DNA of 64,000 nucleotides, from assembly GCA_009914755.4 (NCBI GenBank), contig CP086569.2:29760001-29824000 (forward strand), written 5' to 3'. This stretch comes from the human T2T-CHM13v2.0 reference genome, Homo sapiens. Below are positions 14,230-28,500 of the stretch, one piece after another; the stretch's first letter is position 1, and every line of letters begins with the position of its first letter. Below the pieces are notes generated by a model that was not told the DNA's origin, did no database searches, and saw only the letters and a list, made by a program, of their open reading frames with translations. The position numbers and the translations under genes were made by a program.

Positions 14230-17200
14230 TGAAATGGAATGGAATAGAAAGGAATGGAATGAAATGGAATGGAAAGGATTCGAATGGAATGCAATCGAAT
14301 GGAATGGAATCGAACGGAATGGAATAAAATGGAAGAAAACTGGCAAGAAATGGAATCGAAATGCATGGAGTGTTATGGAACGGACTCAAAAGGAATTGAA
14401 TGTAATAGAATGGAGTGGAGTGGACTCGAATATAATGGACTGGAATGGAATGAAATCACATGGAATGGGAACGAATGGAATGGAATGGAAAGGAATGGAA
14501 TCGAATGGAAAGGAATCGAATGGAAGGGAATGAAATTGAATCAACAGGAATGGAAGGGAATAGAATAGACGGTAATGGAATGGACTCGAATAGAATGGAC
14601 ACGAATGCTCAAATTGAATGGACTCGAATGGAATGGAAACGAAAGGAATGTCATTGAATGGAATTGAATCGATTGGAATGAAATCGCATAGAATGGAGTG
14701 GAATCAAATGGAATTGAATCGAAAGGAAAGGAAGCCAATGGACTGAAATGAAATGGAATGGAATTGAATGGAAAGTAATGCAATGGAATAGAATGGAACG
14801 AAATTTCACGGAATGGAATCAAACTGAATGGAATCAAATCAATGGAATCAAATCAAATGGAATGGAAAGGAATTGAATGGAGTAGATTGGATTGGATGGG
14901 ATTGGAATGAAATGTACTGGAAAGGACTCGAATTTCATGAAACGGAATGGAATGAATTGGAACGGAATGGACTCGAATGGAATGGAATGTCATGGAATGG
15001 CATCAAATGGAATGGCATCAAATGGAATGGAATCGAATGCAATGGAATGCTATGGAATGGAATGGAATGCATTGGAATGGAATGTCCTCTAATGGAATGG
15101 ATTCGAGTGGAATGGAATCGAATATAATGGAGTCGAATGAAATGGAATTGAAAGGAATGGGATCGAATACAATGGAATATACTGGAATGTAATGTAATGA
15201 ACTCGAATGTAATTGACTGGAATGGAATGTACATGAATGGAATGTAATCGAATGGAAAGTAATCCAATGGAATAGAATCTAATGCAATAAAATCGACTCA
15301 GATAGAGTAGAATGTAATGGAATGGAGTGCAGTGCAATGGAATGGATTGGAATGGAATGCAATGGAATGGAATGGAATGGAATGGAATGGAATGGAATGG
15401 GATGGAATGGGATGGAATGGTATGGAATGGATAGTAATGGACTGGAGTGAAATGGACTGGAAAGGAATGGACTCAAATTGAAAGGGCTCGAAAGGAATGG
15501 AGTCAAATGTAATGGTCTGGAATGGAATGAACACGAATGTAATGCAATCCAATAGAATGGAATCGAATGGCATGGAATATAAAGAAATGGAATCGAAGAG
15601 AATGGAAACAAATGGAATGGAATTGAATGGAATGGAATTGAATGGAATGGGAACGAATGGAGTGAAATTGTATGCAGTAGAAGGGAATAGAATGGAATGC
15701 AAGCGAAAGGAAAGGAATGGATTGGAATGGAATGGAACTCATTGGAATGGAAGGGAATGTAGTGTAATGGACAGGCCTGGAATAAAGTGGAAAGCTACGG
15801 TCTCGAATGGAATAAAAATGTATGGAATGGAATGCAATGAAACGGAATCGAATGTCATAGAATGTAATGGAATGCAAAAACATGGAATCCAAAATCATTG
15901 ACTGGAAAGGCTGGGTGTCGAAAGGAATTGACTCCAATGGAATGGAATCGAATGGAATGGAAGTGAATAGAATCGAACTAAATCGAATGGAATGGAATTG
16001 ATAGGAACGGAATGGAAAGGAATGCAATGATTTGGCATGGAATGGAATCGAATGGCATCGAATGGAATGGAATGGAATGCAATGGAATGGAATGTATTAG
16101 AATGTAATGAACTTTAATGGAATGTACTCGAATGGATTCGACTGGAATGGAATGTTCTGGAAGTGAATGGACTTCAGCGGAATGGATTCAAAAGGAATGG
16201 AATCGTACGGATTGGAATCTAATGGAATGCAATTAAATGGAAATGAATCAAATTGAATAGCACGGAATTGAATTGAATGGAATGGAATGCAATGGAATCT
16301 AATGAAACGGAAAGGAAAGGAATGGAATGGAATGGAATGGGCTGGAATGGAAAGGAATCGAAACGAATGGAATGGAATCGAACTGAAGAGACTGGAATGG
16401 AATGCACTGGAATGGAAGGGAGTGTAATGGAAGGTTCTCGAAAAAAATGGAATCGAATGGAATGGAATTGAATGGAACGGAATAGAGTCGAATGGAATTG
16501 AATGGAATGGAATGGACTAGAGTGAAATGGAATCGAACCATAAGGAATGGACAGGAATAGAATGGTCTCGAATTGAATGGAATCGTATGGAATGGCATCA
16601 AACGGAATGGAATGGACAGCCACGGAATGGAATGCACTCGAATGCAATGGAGTCGAAACTAATGGACTGGAATAGAATGGACTCGACTGGTACGGACTCC
16701 AATGGAATGGAATCGAATGGAAGGGAATCGAACGGAATGGACTCGAAGGGAAAAGACTGCAATGGAAATGTCTCGAATGGAATGGAAATTAATGGAATGG
16801 AATGGAATCGAATGAAATGGAGTCAAAAGGAATGGAATCGAATGGCAAGAAATCGAATGTAATGGAATCGCAAGGAATTGATGTGAACGGAACGGAATGG
16901 AATGGAATCCAAAGGAATGGAATAGAATGGAATGGAATCGAATGGAAAGGACTCGAATGGAAATCACTCGAATAGAATGCAATTTAATAAAATAGGATCA
17001 AATGTAATGGAATGGAATGGAAAGGAATCGAAACGAAAGGAATGGAGACAGATGGAATGGAATGGAACAGAGAGCAATGGTATAGAATGGAATGGAATCA
17101 TCTGGAATGGAATTGAATGGAATGGAATAATATGAAATGGAATGGAATGGAATGGAATGGAATGCCCTTGAATTAAATGGACTGGAATGGAATGGACTCG

Positions 17201-17798
17201 AACAGAGTGGAATGGAAAGTGTTGAGATAGAATGGAATGGACTCCTTTGGAATGGTGTAGTATGCAATGCAATCGACTGGCAGGGAATCAAAAGGAATGT
17301 AATCGAATGGATTGGACTGGAATGCAATGGACTCGAATAGATTGGAAACGGAATGCAAAGGAATGGAATGGAATAGTATGGAATGGAATGGAAAGGAATG
17401 GAGTGGAATAGACTAGAGTGGAATGGAATGGACTGGAAAGCAATGGACTGGAATGGAACTTTCTTGAATGGAATGGAATCAAACGGAATGGAATGCAATG
17501 CAATCAAATGGCATGGTATAAAATAGAATGAAAGAGAATCAAATGGAATTGAATCGAATGGAATCGAATGGATTGGAAAGGAATAGAATGGAATGGAATG
17601 GAATTGACTCAAATGGAATGGACTAGAATGGAATGGATTCGAATGGAAGGCAAAGGAATGGAATCTATTGGAATGGACTGTAATGGAATGGAATGGAAGG
17701 GATTGGAATGGACTCGAATGGAATGGACTGCAATAGAAAGGATTCGAATGGAATGAAAAAGAATTGAATGGAATAGAACAGAATGGAATCAAATCGAA
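14230..17798 (+). repeat. HOR unit 5 (3569 bp)
   Basis: Anchor motif at 14230 and 17799. Confidence 0.9.
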
Positions 17799-20700
17799 TG
17801 AAATGGAATGGAATAGAAAGGAATGGAATGAAATGGAATGGAAAGGATTCGAATGGAATGCAATCGAATGGAATGGAATCGAACGGAATGGAATAAAATG
17901 GAAGAAAACTGGCAAGAAATGGAATCGAAATGAATGGAGTGTTATGGAACGGACTCAAAAGGAATTGAATGTAATAGAATGGAGTGGAGTGGACTCGAAT
18001 ATAATGGACTGGAATGGAATGAAATCACATGGAATGGGAACGAATGGAATGGAATGGAAAGGAATGGAATCGAATGGAAAGGAATCGAATGGAAGGGAAT
18101 GAAATTGAATCAACAGGAATGGAAGGGAATAGAATAGACGGTAATGGAATGGACTCGAATAGAATGGACACGAATGCTCAAATTGAATGGACTCGAATGG
18201 AATGGAAACGAAAGGAATGTCATCGAATGGAATTGAATCGATTGGAATGAAATCGCATAGAATGGAGTGGAATCAAATGGAATTGAATCGAAAGGAAAGG
18301 AAGCGAATGGACTGAAATGAAATGGAATGGAATTGAATGGAAAGTAATGCAATGGAATAGAATGGAACGAAATTTCACGGAATGGAATCAAACTGAATGG
18401 AATCAAATCAATGGAATCAAATCAAATGGAATGGAAAGGAATTGAATGGAGTAGATTGGATTGGATGGGATTGGAATGAAATGTACTGGAAAGCACTCGA
18501 ATTCCATGAAACGGAATGGAATGAATTGGAACGGAATGGACTCGAATGGAATGGAATGTCATGGAATGGCATCAAATGGAATGGCATCAAATGGAATGGA
18601 ATCGAATGCAATGGAATGCTATGGAATGGAATGGAATGCATTGGACTGGAATGTCCTCTAATGGAATGGATTCGAGTGGAATGGAATCGAATATAATGGA
18701 GTCGAATGAAATGGAATTGAAAGGAATGGGATCGAATACAATGGAATATACTGGAATGTAATGTAATGAACTCGAATATAATTGACTGGAATGGAATGTA
18801 CATGAATGGAATGTAATCGAATGGAAAGTAATCCAATGGAATAGAATCTAATGCAATAAAATCGACTCAGATAGAGTAGAATGTAATGGAATGGAGTGCA
18901 GTGGAATGGAATGGAATGGAATGGAATGCAATGGAATGGAATGGAATGGAATGGAATGGAATGGAATGGGATGGAATGGGATGGAATGGTATGGAATGGA
19001 TAGTAATGGACTGGAGTGAAATGGACTGGAAAGGAATGGACTCAAATTGAAAGGGCTCGAAAGGAATGGAGTCAAATGGAATGATCTGGAATGGAATGAA
19101 CACGAATGTAATGCAATCCAATAGAATGGAATCGAATGGCATGGAATATAAAGAAATGGAATCGAAGAGAATGGAAACAAATGGAATGGAATTGAATGGA
19201 ATGGAATTGAATGGAATGGGAACGAATGGAGTGAAATTGTATGCAGTAGAAGGGAATAGAATGGAATGCAAGCGAAAGGAAAGGAATGGATTGGAATGGA
19301 ATGGAATTCATTGGAATGGAAGGGAATGTAGTGTAATGGACAGGCCTGGAATAAAGTGGAATGCTACGGTCTCGAATGGAATAAAAATGTATGGAATGGA
19401 ATGCAATGAAACGGAATCGAATGTCATAGAATGTAATGGAATGCAAAAAAATGGAATCCAAAATCATTGACTGGAAAGGCTGGGTGTCGAAAGGAATTGA
19501 CTCCAATGGAATGGAATCGAATGGAATGGAAGTGAACAGAATCGAACTAAATCGAATGGAATGGAATTGATAGGAACGGAATGGAAAGGAATGCAATGAT
19601 TTGGCATGGAATGGAATCGAATGGCATCGAATGGAATGGAATGGAATGCAATGGAATGGAATGTATTAGAATGTAATGAACTTTAATGGAATGTACTCGA
19701 ATGGATTCGACTGGAATGGAATGTTCTGGAAGTGAATGGACTCCAATGGAATGGATTCAAAAGGAATGGAATCGTACGGAATGGAATCTAATGGAATGGA
19801 ATTAAATGGAAATGAATCAAATTGAATAGCACGGAATTGAATTGAATGGAATGGAATACAATGGAATCTAATGAAACGGAAAGGAAAGGAATGGAATGGA
19901 ATGGAATGGGCTGGAATGGAAAGGAATCGAAACGAATGGAATGGAATCGAACTGAAGAGACTGGAATGGAATGCACTGGAATGGAAGGGAGTGTAATGGA
20001 AGGTTCTCGAAAAAAATGGAATCGAATGGAATGGAATTGAATGGAACGGAATAGAGTCGAATGGAATTGAATGGAATGGAATGGACTAGAGTGAAATGGA
20101 ATCGAACCACAAGGAATGGGCAGGAATAGAATGGTCTCGAATTGAATGGAATCGTATGGAATGGCATCAAACGGAATGGAATGGACAGCCACGGAATGGA
20201 ATGCACTCGAATGCAATGGAGTCGAAACTAATGGACTGGAATAGAATGGACTCGACTGGTACGGACTCCAATGGAATGGAATCGAATGGAAGGGAATCGA
20301 ACGGAATGGACTCGAAGGGAAAAGACTGCAATGGAAAGGTCTCGAATGGAATGGAAATTAATGGGATGGAATGGAATCGAATGAAATGGAGTCAAAAGGA
20401 ATGGAATTGAATGGCAAGAAATCGAATGTAATGGAATCGCAAGGAATTGATGTGAACGGAACGGAATGGAATGGAATCCAAAGGAATAGAATAGAATGGA
20501 ATGGAATCGAATGGAAAGGACTCGAATGGAAATCACTCGAATAGAATGCAATTTAATAAAATAGGATCAAATGTAATGGAATGGAATGGAAAGGAATCGA
20601 AACGAAAGGAATGGAGACAGATGGAATGGAATGGAACAGAGAGCAATGGTATAGAATGGAATGGAATCATCTGGAATGGAATTGAATGGAATGGAATAAT

Positions 20701-21367
20701 ATGAAATGGAATGGAATGGAATGGAATGGAATGCCCTTGAATTAAATGGACTGGAATGGAATGGACTCGAACAGAGTGGAATGGAAAGTGTTGAGGTAGA
20801 ATGGAATGGACTCCTTTGGAATGGTGTAGTATGCAATGCAATCGACTGGCAGGGAATCAAAAGGAATGTAATCGAATGGATTGGACTGGAATGCAATGGA
20901 CTCGAATAGATTGGAAACGGAATGCAAAGGAATGGAATGGAATAGTATGGAATGGAATGGAAAGGAATGGAGTGGAATAGACTAGAGTGGAAAGGAATGG
21001 ACTGGAAAGCAATGGACTGGAATGGAACTTTCTTGAATGGACTGGAATCAAACGGAATGGAATGCAATGCAATCAAATGGCATGGAATAAAATAGAATGA
21101 AAGAGAATCAAATGGAATTGAATCGAATGGAATCGAATGGATTGGAAAGGAATAGAATGGAATGGAATGGAATTGACTCAAATGGAATGGACTAGAATGG
21201 AATGGATTCGAATGGAAGGCAAAGGAATGGAATCTATTGGAATGGACTGTAATGGAATGGAATGGAAGGGATTGGAATGGACCCGAATGTAATGGACTGC
21301 AATAGAAAGGATTCGAATGGAATGAAAAAGAATTGAATGGAATAGAACAGAATGGAATCAAATCGAA
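17799..21367 (+). repeat. HOR unit 6 (3569 bp), subtype A (aagcactcgaattccatg variant at ~18491)
   Basis: Anchor motif at 17799 and 21368; diagnostic variants are shared with units 8 and 10. Confidence 0.9.
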
Positions 21368-24300
21368 TGAAATGGAATGGAATAGAAAGGAATGGAATGA
21401 AATGGAATGGAAAGGATTCGAATGGAATGCAATCGAATGGAATGGAATCGAACGGAATGGAATAAAATGGAAGAAAACTGGCAAGAAATGGAATCGAAAT
21501 GAATGGAGTGTTATGGAACGGACTCAAAAGGAATTGAATGTAATAGAATGGAGTGGAGTGGACTCGAATATAATGGACTGGAATGGAATGAAATCACATG
21601 GAATGGGAACGAATGGAATGGAATGGAAAGGAATGGAATCGAATGGAAAGGAATCGAATGGAAGGGAATGAAATTGAATCAACAGGAATGGAAGGGAATA
21701 GAATAGACGGTAATGGAATGGACTCGAATAGAATGGACACGAATGCTCAAATTGAATGGACTCGAATGGAATGGAAACGAAAGGAATGTCATCGAACGGA
21801 ATTGAATCGATTGGAATGAAATCGCATAGAATGGAGTGGAATCAAATGGAATTGAATCGAAAGGAAAGGAAGCGAATGGACTGAAATGAAATGGAATGGA
21901 ATTGAATGGAAAGTATTGCAATGGAATAGAATGGAACGAAATTTCACGGAATGGAATCAAACTGAATGGAATCAAGTCAATGGAATCAAATCAAATGGAA
22001 TGGAAAGGAATTGAATGGAGTAGATGGGATTGGATGGGATTGGAATGAAATGTACTGGAAAGGACTCGAATTTCATGAAACGGAATGGAATGAATTGGAA
22101 CGGAATGGACTCGAATGGAATGGAATGTCATGGAATGGCATCAAAGGGAATGGCATCAAATGGAATGGAATCGAATGCAATGGAATGCTATGGAATGGAA
22201 TGGAATGCATTGGAATGGAATGTCCTCTAATGGAATGGATTCGAGTGGAATGGAATCGAATATAATGGAGTCGAATGAAATGGAATTGAAAGGAATGGGA
22301 TCGAATAGAATGGAATATACTGGAATGTAATGTAATGAACTCGAATGTAATTGACTGCAATGGAATGTACATGAATGGAATGTAATCGAATGGAAAGTAA
22401 TCTAATGGAATAGAATCTAATGCAATAAAATCGACTCAGATAGAGTAGAATGTAATGGAATGGAGTGCAGTGCAATGGAATGGAATGGAATGGAATACAA
22501 TGGAATGGAATGGAATGGAATGGAATGGAATGGGATGGAATGGTATGGAATGGATAGTAATGGACTGGAGTGAAATGGACTGGAAAGGAATGGACTCAAA
22601 TTGAAAGGGCTCGAAAGCAATGGAGTCAAATGGAATGGTCTGGAATGGAATGAACACGAATGTAATGCAATCCAATAGAATGGAATCGAATGGCATGGAA
22701 TATAAAGAAATGGAATCGAAGAGAATGGAAACAAATGGAATGGAATTGAATGGAATGGAATTGAATGGAATGGGAACGAATGGAGTGAAATTGTATGCAG
22801 TAGAAGGGAATAGAATGGAATGCAAGCGAAAGGAAAGGAATGGATTGGAATGGAATGGAATTCATTGGAATGGAAGGGAATGTAGTGTAATGGACAGGCC
22901 TGGAATAAAGTGGAATGCTACGGTCTCGAATGGAATAAAAATGTATGGAATGGAATGCAATGAAACGGAATCGAATGTCATAGAATGTAATGGAATGCAA
23001 CAAAATGGAATCCAAAATCATTGACTGGAAAGGCTGGGTGTCGAAAGGAATTGACTCCAATGGAATGGAATCGAATGGAATGGAAGTGAATAGAATCGAA
23101 CTAAATCGAATGGAATGGAATTGATAGGAACGGAATGGAAAGGAATGCAATGATTTGGCATGGAATGGAATCGAATGGCATCGAATGGAATGGAATGGAA
23201 TGCAATGGAATGGAATGTATTAGAATGTAATGAACTTTAATGGAATGTACTCGAATGGATTCGACTGGAATGGAATGTTCTGGAAGTGAATGGACTCCAA
23301 TGGAATGGATTCAAAAGGAATGGAATCGTACGGAATGGAATCTAATGGAATGGAATTAAATGGAAATGAATCAAATTGAATAGCACGGAATTGAATTGAA
23401 TGGAATGGAATGCAATGGAATCTAATGAAACGGAAAGGAAAGGAATGGAATGGAATGGAATGGGCTGGAATGGAAAGGAATCGAAACGAATGGAATGGAA
23501 TCGAACTGAAGAGACTGGAATGGAATGCACTGGAATGGAAGGGAGTGTAATGGAAGGTTCTCGAAAAAAATGGAATCGAATGGAATGGAATTGAATGGAA
23601 CGGAATAGAGTCGAATGGAATTGAATGGAATGGAATGGACTAGAGTGAAATGGAATCGAACCACAAGGAATGGACAGGAATAGAATGGTCTCGAATTGAA
23701 ATGAATCGTATGGAATGGCATCAAACGGAATGGAATGGACAGCCACGGAATGGAATGCACTCGAATGCAATGGAGTCGAAACTAATGGACTGGAATAGAA
23801 TGGACTCGACTGGTACGGACTCCAATGGAATGGAATGGAATGGAAGGGAATCGAACGGAATGGACTCGAAGGGAAAAGACTGCAATGGAAAGGTCTCGAA
23901 TGGAATGGAAATTAATGGAATGGAATGGAATCGAATGAAATGGAGTCAAAAGGAATGGAATCGAATGGCAAGAAATCGAATGTAATGGAATCGCAAGGAA
24001 TTGATGTGAACGGAACGGAATGGAATGGAATCCAAAGGAATGGAATAGAATGGAATGGAATCGAATGGAAAGGACTCGAATGGAAATCACTCGAATAGAA
24101 TGCAATTTAATAAAATAGGATCAAATGTAATGGAATGGAATGGAAAGGAATCGAAACGAAAGGAATGGAGACAGATGGAATGGAATGGAACAGAGAGCAA
24201 TGGTATAGAATGGAATGGAATCATCTGGAATGGAATTGAATGGAATGGAATAATATGAAATGGAATGGAATGGAATGGAATGGAATGCCCTTGAATTAAA

Positions 24301-24921
24301 TGGACTGGAATGGAATGCACTCGAACAGAGTGGAAAGGAAAGTGTTGAGATAGAATGGAATGGACTCCTTTGGAATGGTGTAGTATGCAATGCAATCGAC
24401 TGGCAGGGAATCAAAAGGAATGTAATCGAATGGATTGGACTGGAATGCAATGGACTCGAATAGATTGGAAACGGAATGCAAAGGAATGGAATGGAATAGT
24501 ATGGAATGGAATGGAAAGGAATGGAGTGGAATAGACTAGAGTGGAATGGAATGGACTGGAAAGCAATGGACTGGAATGGAAGTTTCTTGAATGGACTGGA
24601 ATCAAACGGAATGGAATGCAATGCAATCAAATGGCATGGAATAAAATAGAATGAAAGAGAATCAAATGGAATTGAATCGAATGGAATCGAATGGATTGGA
24701 AAGGAATAGAATGGAATGGAATGGAATTGACTCAAATGGAATGGACTAGAATGGAATGGATTCGAATGGAAGGCAAAGGAATGGAATCTATTGGAATGGA
24801 CTGTAATGGAATGGAATGGAAGGGATTGGAATGGACTCGAATGGAATGGACTGCAATAGAAAGGATTCGAATGGAATGAAAAAGAATTGAATGGAATAGA
24901 ACAGAATGGAATCAAATCGAA
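21368..24921 (+). repeat. HOR unit 7 (3554 bp), subtype B (atcaagtcaatgg and gtagatgggattgg variants)
   Basis: Anchor motif at 21368 and 24922; variants at ~21973 and ~22020 are shared with units 9, 11 and 12. Confidence 0.9.
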
Positions 24922-27900
24922 TGAAATGGAATGGAATAGAAAGGAATGGAATGAAATGGAATGGAAAGGATTCGAATGGAATGCAATCGAATGGAATGGA
25001 ATCGAACGGAATGGAATAAAATGGAAGAAAACTGGCAAGAAATGGAATCGAAATGAATGGAGTGTTATGGAACGGACTCAAAAGGAATTGAATGTAATAG
25101 AATGGAGTGGAGTGGACTCGAATATAATGGACTGGAATGGAATGAAATCACATGGAATGGGAACGAATGGAATGGAATGGAAAGGAATGGAATCGAATGG
25201 AAAGGAATCGAATGGAAGGGAATGAAATTGAATCAACAGGAATGGAAGGGAATAGAATAGACGGTAATGGAATGGACTCGAATAGAATGGACACGAATGC
25301 TCAAATTGAATGGACTCGAATGGAATGGAAACGAAAGGAATGTCATCGAATGGAATTGAATCGATTGGAATGAAATCGCATAGAATGGAGTGGAATCAAA
25401 TGGAATTGAATCGAAAGGAAAGGAAGCGAATGGACTGAAATGAAATGGAATGGAATTGAATGGAAAGTAATGCAATGGAATAGAATGGAACGAAATTTCA
25501 CGGAATGGAATCAAACTGAATGGAATCAAATCAATGGAATCAAATCAAATGGAATGGAAAGGAATTGAATGGAGTAGATTGGATTGGATGGGATTGGAAT
25601 GAAATGTACTGGAAAGCACTCGAATTCCATGAAACGGAATGGAATGAATTGGAACGGAATGGACTCGAATGGAATGGAATGTCATGGAATGGCATCAAAT
25701 GGAATGGCATCAAATGGAATGGAATCGAATGCAATGGAATGCTATGGAATGGAATGGAATGCATTGGAATGGAATGGAATGCATTGGAATGGAATGTCCT
25801 CTAATGGAATGGATTCGAGTGGAATGGAATCGAATATAATGGAGTCGAATGAAATGGAATTGAAAGGAATGTGATCGAATACAATGGAATATACTGGAAT
25901 GTAATGTAATGAACTCGAATATAATTGACTGGAATGGAATGTACATGAATGGAATGTAATCGAATGGAAAGTAATCCAATGGAATAGAATCTAATGCAAT
26001 AAAATCGACTCAGATAGAGTAGAATGTAATGGAATGGAGTGCAGTGCAATGGAGTGGAATGGAATGGAATGCAATGGAATGGAATGGAATGGAATGGAAT
26101 GGAATGGAATGGGATGGAATGGGATGGAATGGTATGGAATGGATAGTAATGGACTGGAGTGAAATGGACTGGAAAGGAATGGACTCAAATTGAAAGGGCT
26201 CGAAAGGAATGGAGTCAAATGGAATGATCTGGAATGCAATGAACACGAATGTAATGCAATCCAATAGAATGGAATCGAATGGCATGGAATATAAAGAAAT
26301 GGAATCGAAGAGAATGGAAACAAATGGAATGGAATTGAATGGAATGGAATTGAATGGAATGGGAACGAATGGAGTGAAATTGTATGCAGTAGAAGAGAAT
26401 AGAATGGAATGCAAGCGAAAGGAAAGGAATGGATTGGAATGGAATGGAATTCATTGGAATGGAAGGGAATGTAGTGTAATGGACAGGCCTGGAATAAAGT
26501 GGAATGCTACGGTCTCGAATGGAATAAAAATGTATGGAATGGAATGCAATGAAACGGAATCGAATGTCATAGAATGTAACGGAATGCAAAAAAATGGAAT
26601 CCAAAATCATTGACTGGAAAGGCTGGGTGTCGAAAGGAATTGACTCCAATGGAATGGAATCGAATGGAATGGAAGTGAACAGAATCGAACTAAATCGAAT
26701 GGAATGGAATTGATAGGAACGGAATGGAAAGGAATGCAATGATTTGGCATGGAATGGAATCGAATGGAATGGAATGGAATGCAATGGAATGGAATGTATT
26801 AGAATGTAATGAACTTTAATGGAATGTACTCGAATGGATTCGACTGGAATGGAATGTTCTGGAAGTGAATGGACTCCAATGGAATGGATTCAAAAGGAAT
26901 GGAATCGTACGGAATGGAATCTAATGGAATGGAATTAAATGGAAATGAATCAAATTGAATAGCACGGAATTGAATTGAATGGAATGGAATGCAATGGAAT
27001 CTAATGAAACGGAAAGGAAAGGAATGGAATGGAATGGAATGGGCTGGAATGGAAAGGAATCGAAACGAATGGAATGGAATCAAACTGAAGAGACTGGAAT
27101 GGAATGCACTGGAATGGAAGGGAGTGTAATGGAAGGTTCTCGAAAATAATGGAATCGAATGGAATGGAATTGAATGGAACGGAATAGAGTCGAATGGAAT
27201 TGAATGGAATGGAATGGACTAGAGTGAAATGGAATCGAACCACAAGGAATGGACAGGAATAGAATGGTCTCGAATTGAATGGAATCGTATGGAATGGCAT
27301 CAAACGGAATGGAATGGACAGCCACGGAATGGAATGCACTCGAATGCAATGGAGTCGAAACTAATGGACTGGAATAGAATGGACTCGACTGGTACGGACT
27401 CCAATGGAATGGAATCGAATGGAAGGGAATCGAACGGAATGGACTCGAAGGGAAAAGACTGCAATGGAAAGGTCTCGAATGGAATGGAAATTAATGGAAT
27501 GGAATGGAATCGAATGAAATGGAGTCAAAAGGAATGGAATCGAATGGCAAGAAATCGAATGTAATGGAATCGCAAGGAATTGATGTGAACGGAACGGAAT
27601 GGAATGGAATCCAAAGGAATGGAATAGAATGGAATGGAATCGAATGGAAAGGACTCGAATGGAAATCACTCGAATAGAATGCAATTTAATAAAATAGGAT
27701 CAAATGTAATGGAATGGAATGGAAAGGAATCGAAACGAAAGGAATGGAGACAGATGGAATGGAATGGAACAGAGAGCAATGGTATAGAATGGAATGGAAT
27801 CATCTGGAATGGAATTGAATGGAATGGAATAATATGAAATGGAATGGAATGGAATGGAATGGAATGCCCTTGAATTAAATGGACTGGAATGGAATGGACT

Positions 27901-28500
27901 CGAACAGAGTGGAATGGAAAGTGTTGAGATAGAATGGAATGGACTCCTTTGGAATGGTGTAGTATGAAATGCAATCGACTGGCAGGGAATCAAAAGGAAT
28001 GTAATCGAATGGATTGGACTGGAATGCAATGGACTCGAATAGATTGGGAACGGAATGCAAAGGAATGGAATGGAATAGTATGGAATGGAATGGAAAGGAA
28101 TGGAGTGGAATAGACTAGAGTGGAATGGAATGGACTGGAAAGCAATGGACTGGAATGGAACTTTCTTGAATGGACTGGAATCAAACGGAATGGAATGCAA
28201 TGCAATCAAATGGCATGGAATAAAATAGAATGAAAGAGAATCAAATGGAATTGAATCGAATGGAATCGAATGGATTGGAAAGGAATAGAATGGAATGGAA
28301 TGGAATTGACTCAAATGGAATGGACTAGAATGGAATGGATTCGAATGGAAGGCAAAGGAATGGAATCTATTGGAATGGACTGTAATGGAATGGAATGGAA
28401 GGGATTGGAATGGACTCGAATGGAATGGACTGCAATAGAAAGGATTCGAATGGAATGAAAAAGAATTGAATGGAATAGAACAGAATGGAATCAAATCGAA
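24922..28500 (+). repeat. HOR unit 8 (3579 bp), subtype A. It has a private 20-bp tandem duplication at ~25750–25790 and a 10-bp deletion at ~26765 that is shared with unit 10.
   Basis: Anchor motif at 24922 and 28501. The motif ggaatggaatgcattggaat is duplicated. cgaatggaatggaatggaatgcaatgg lacks the catcgaatgg segment. Confidence 0.9.
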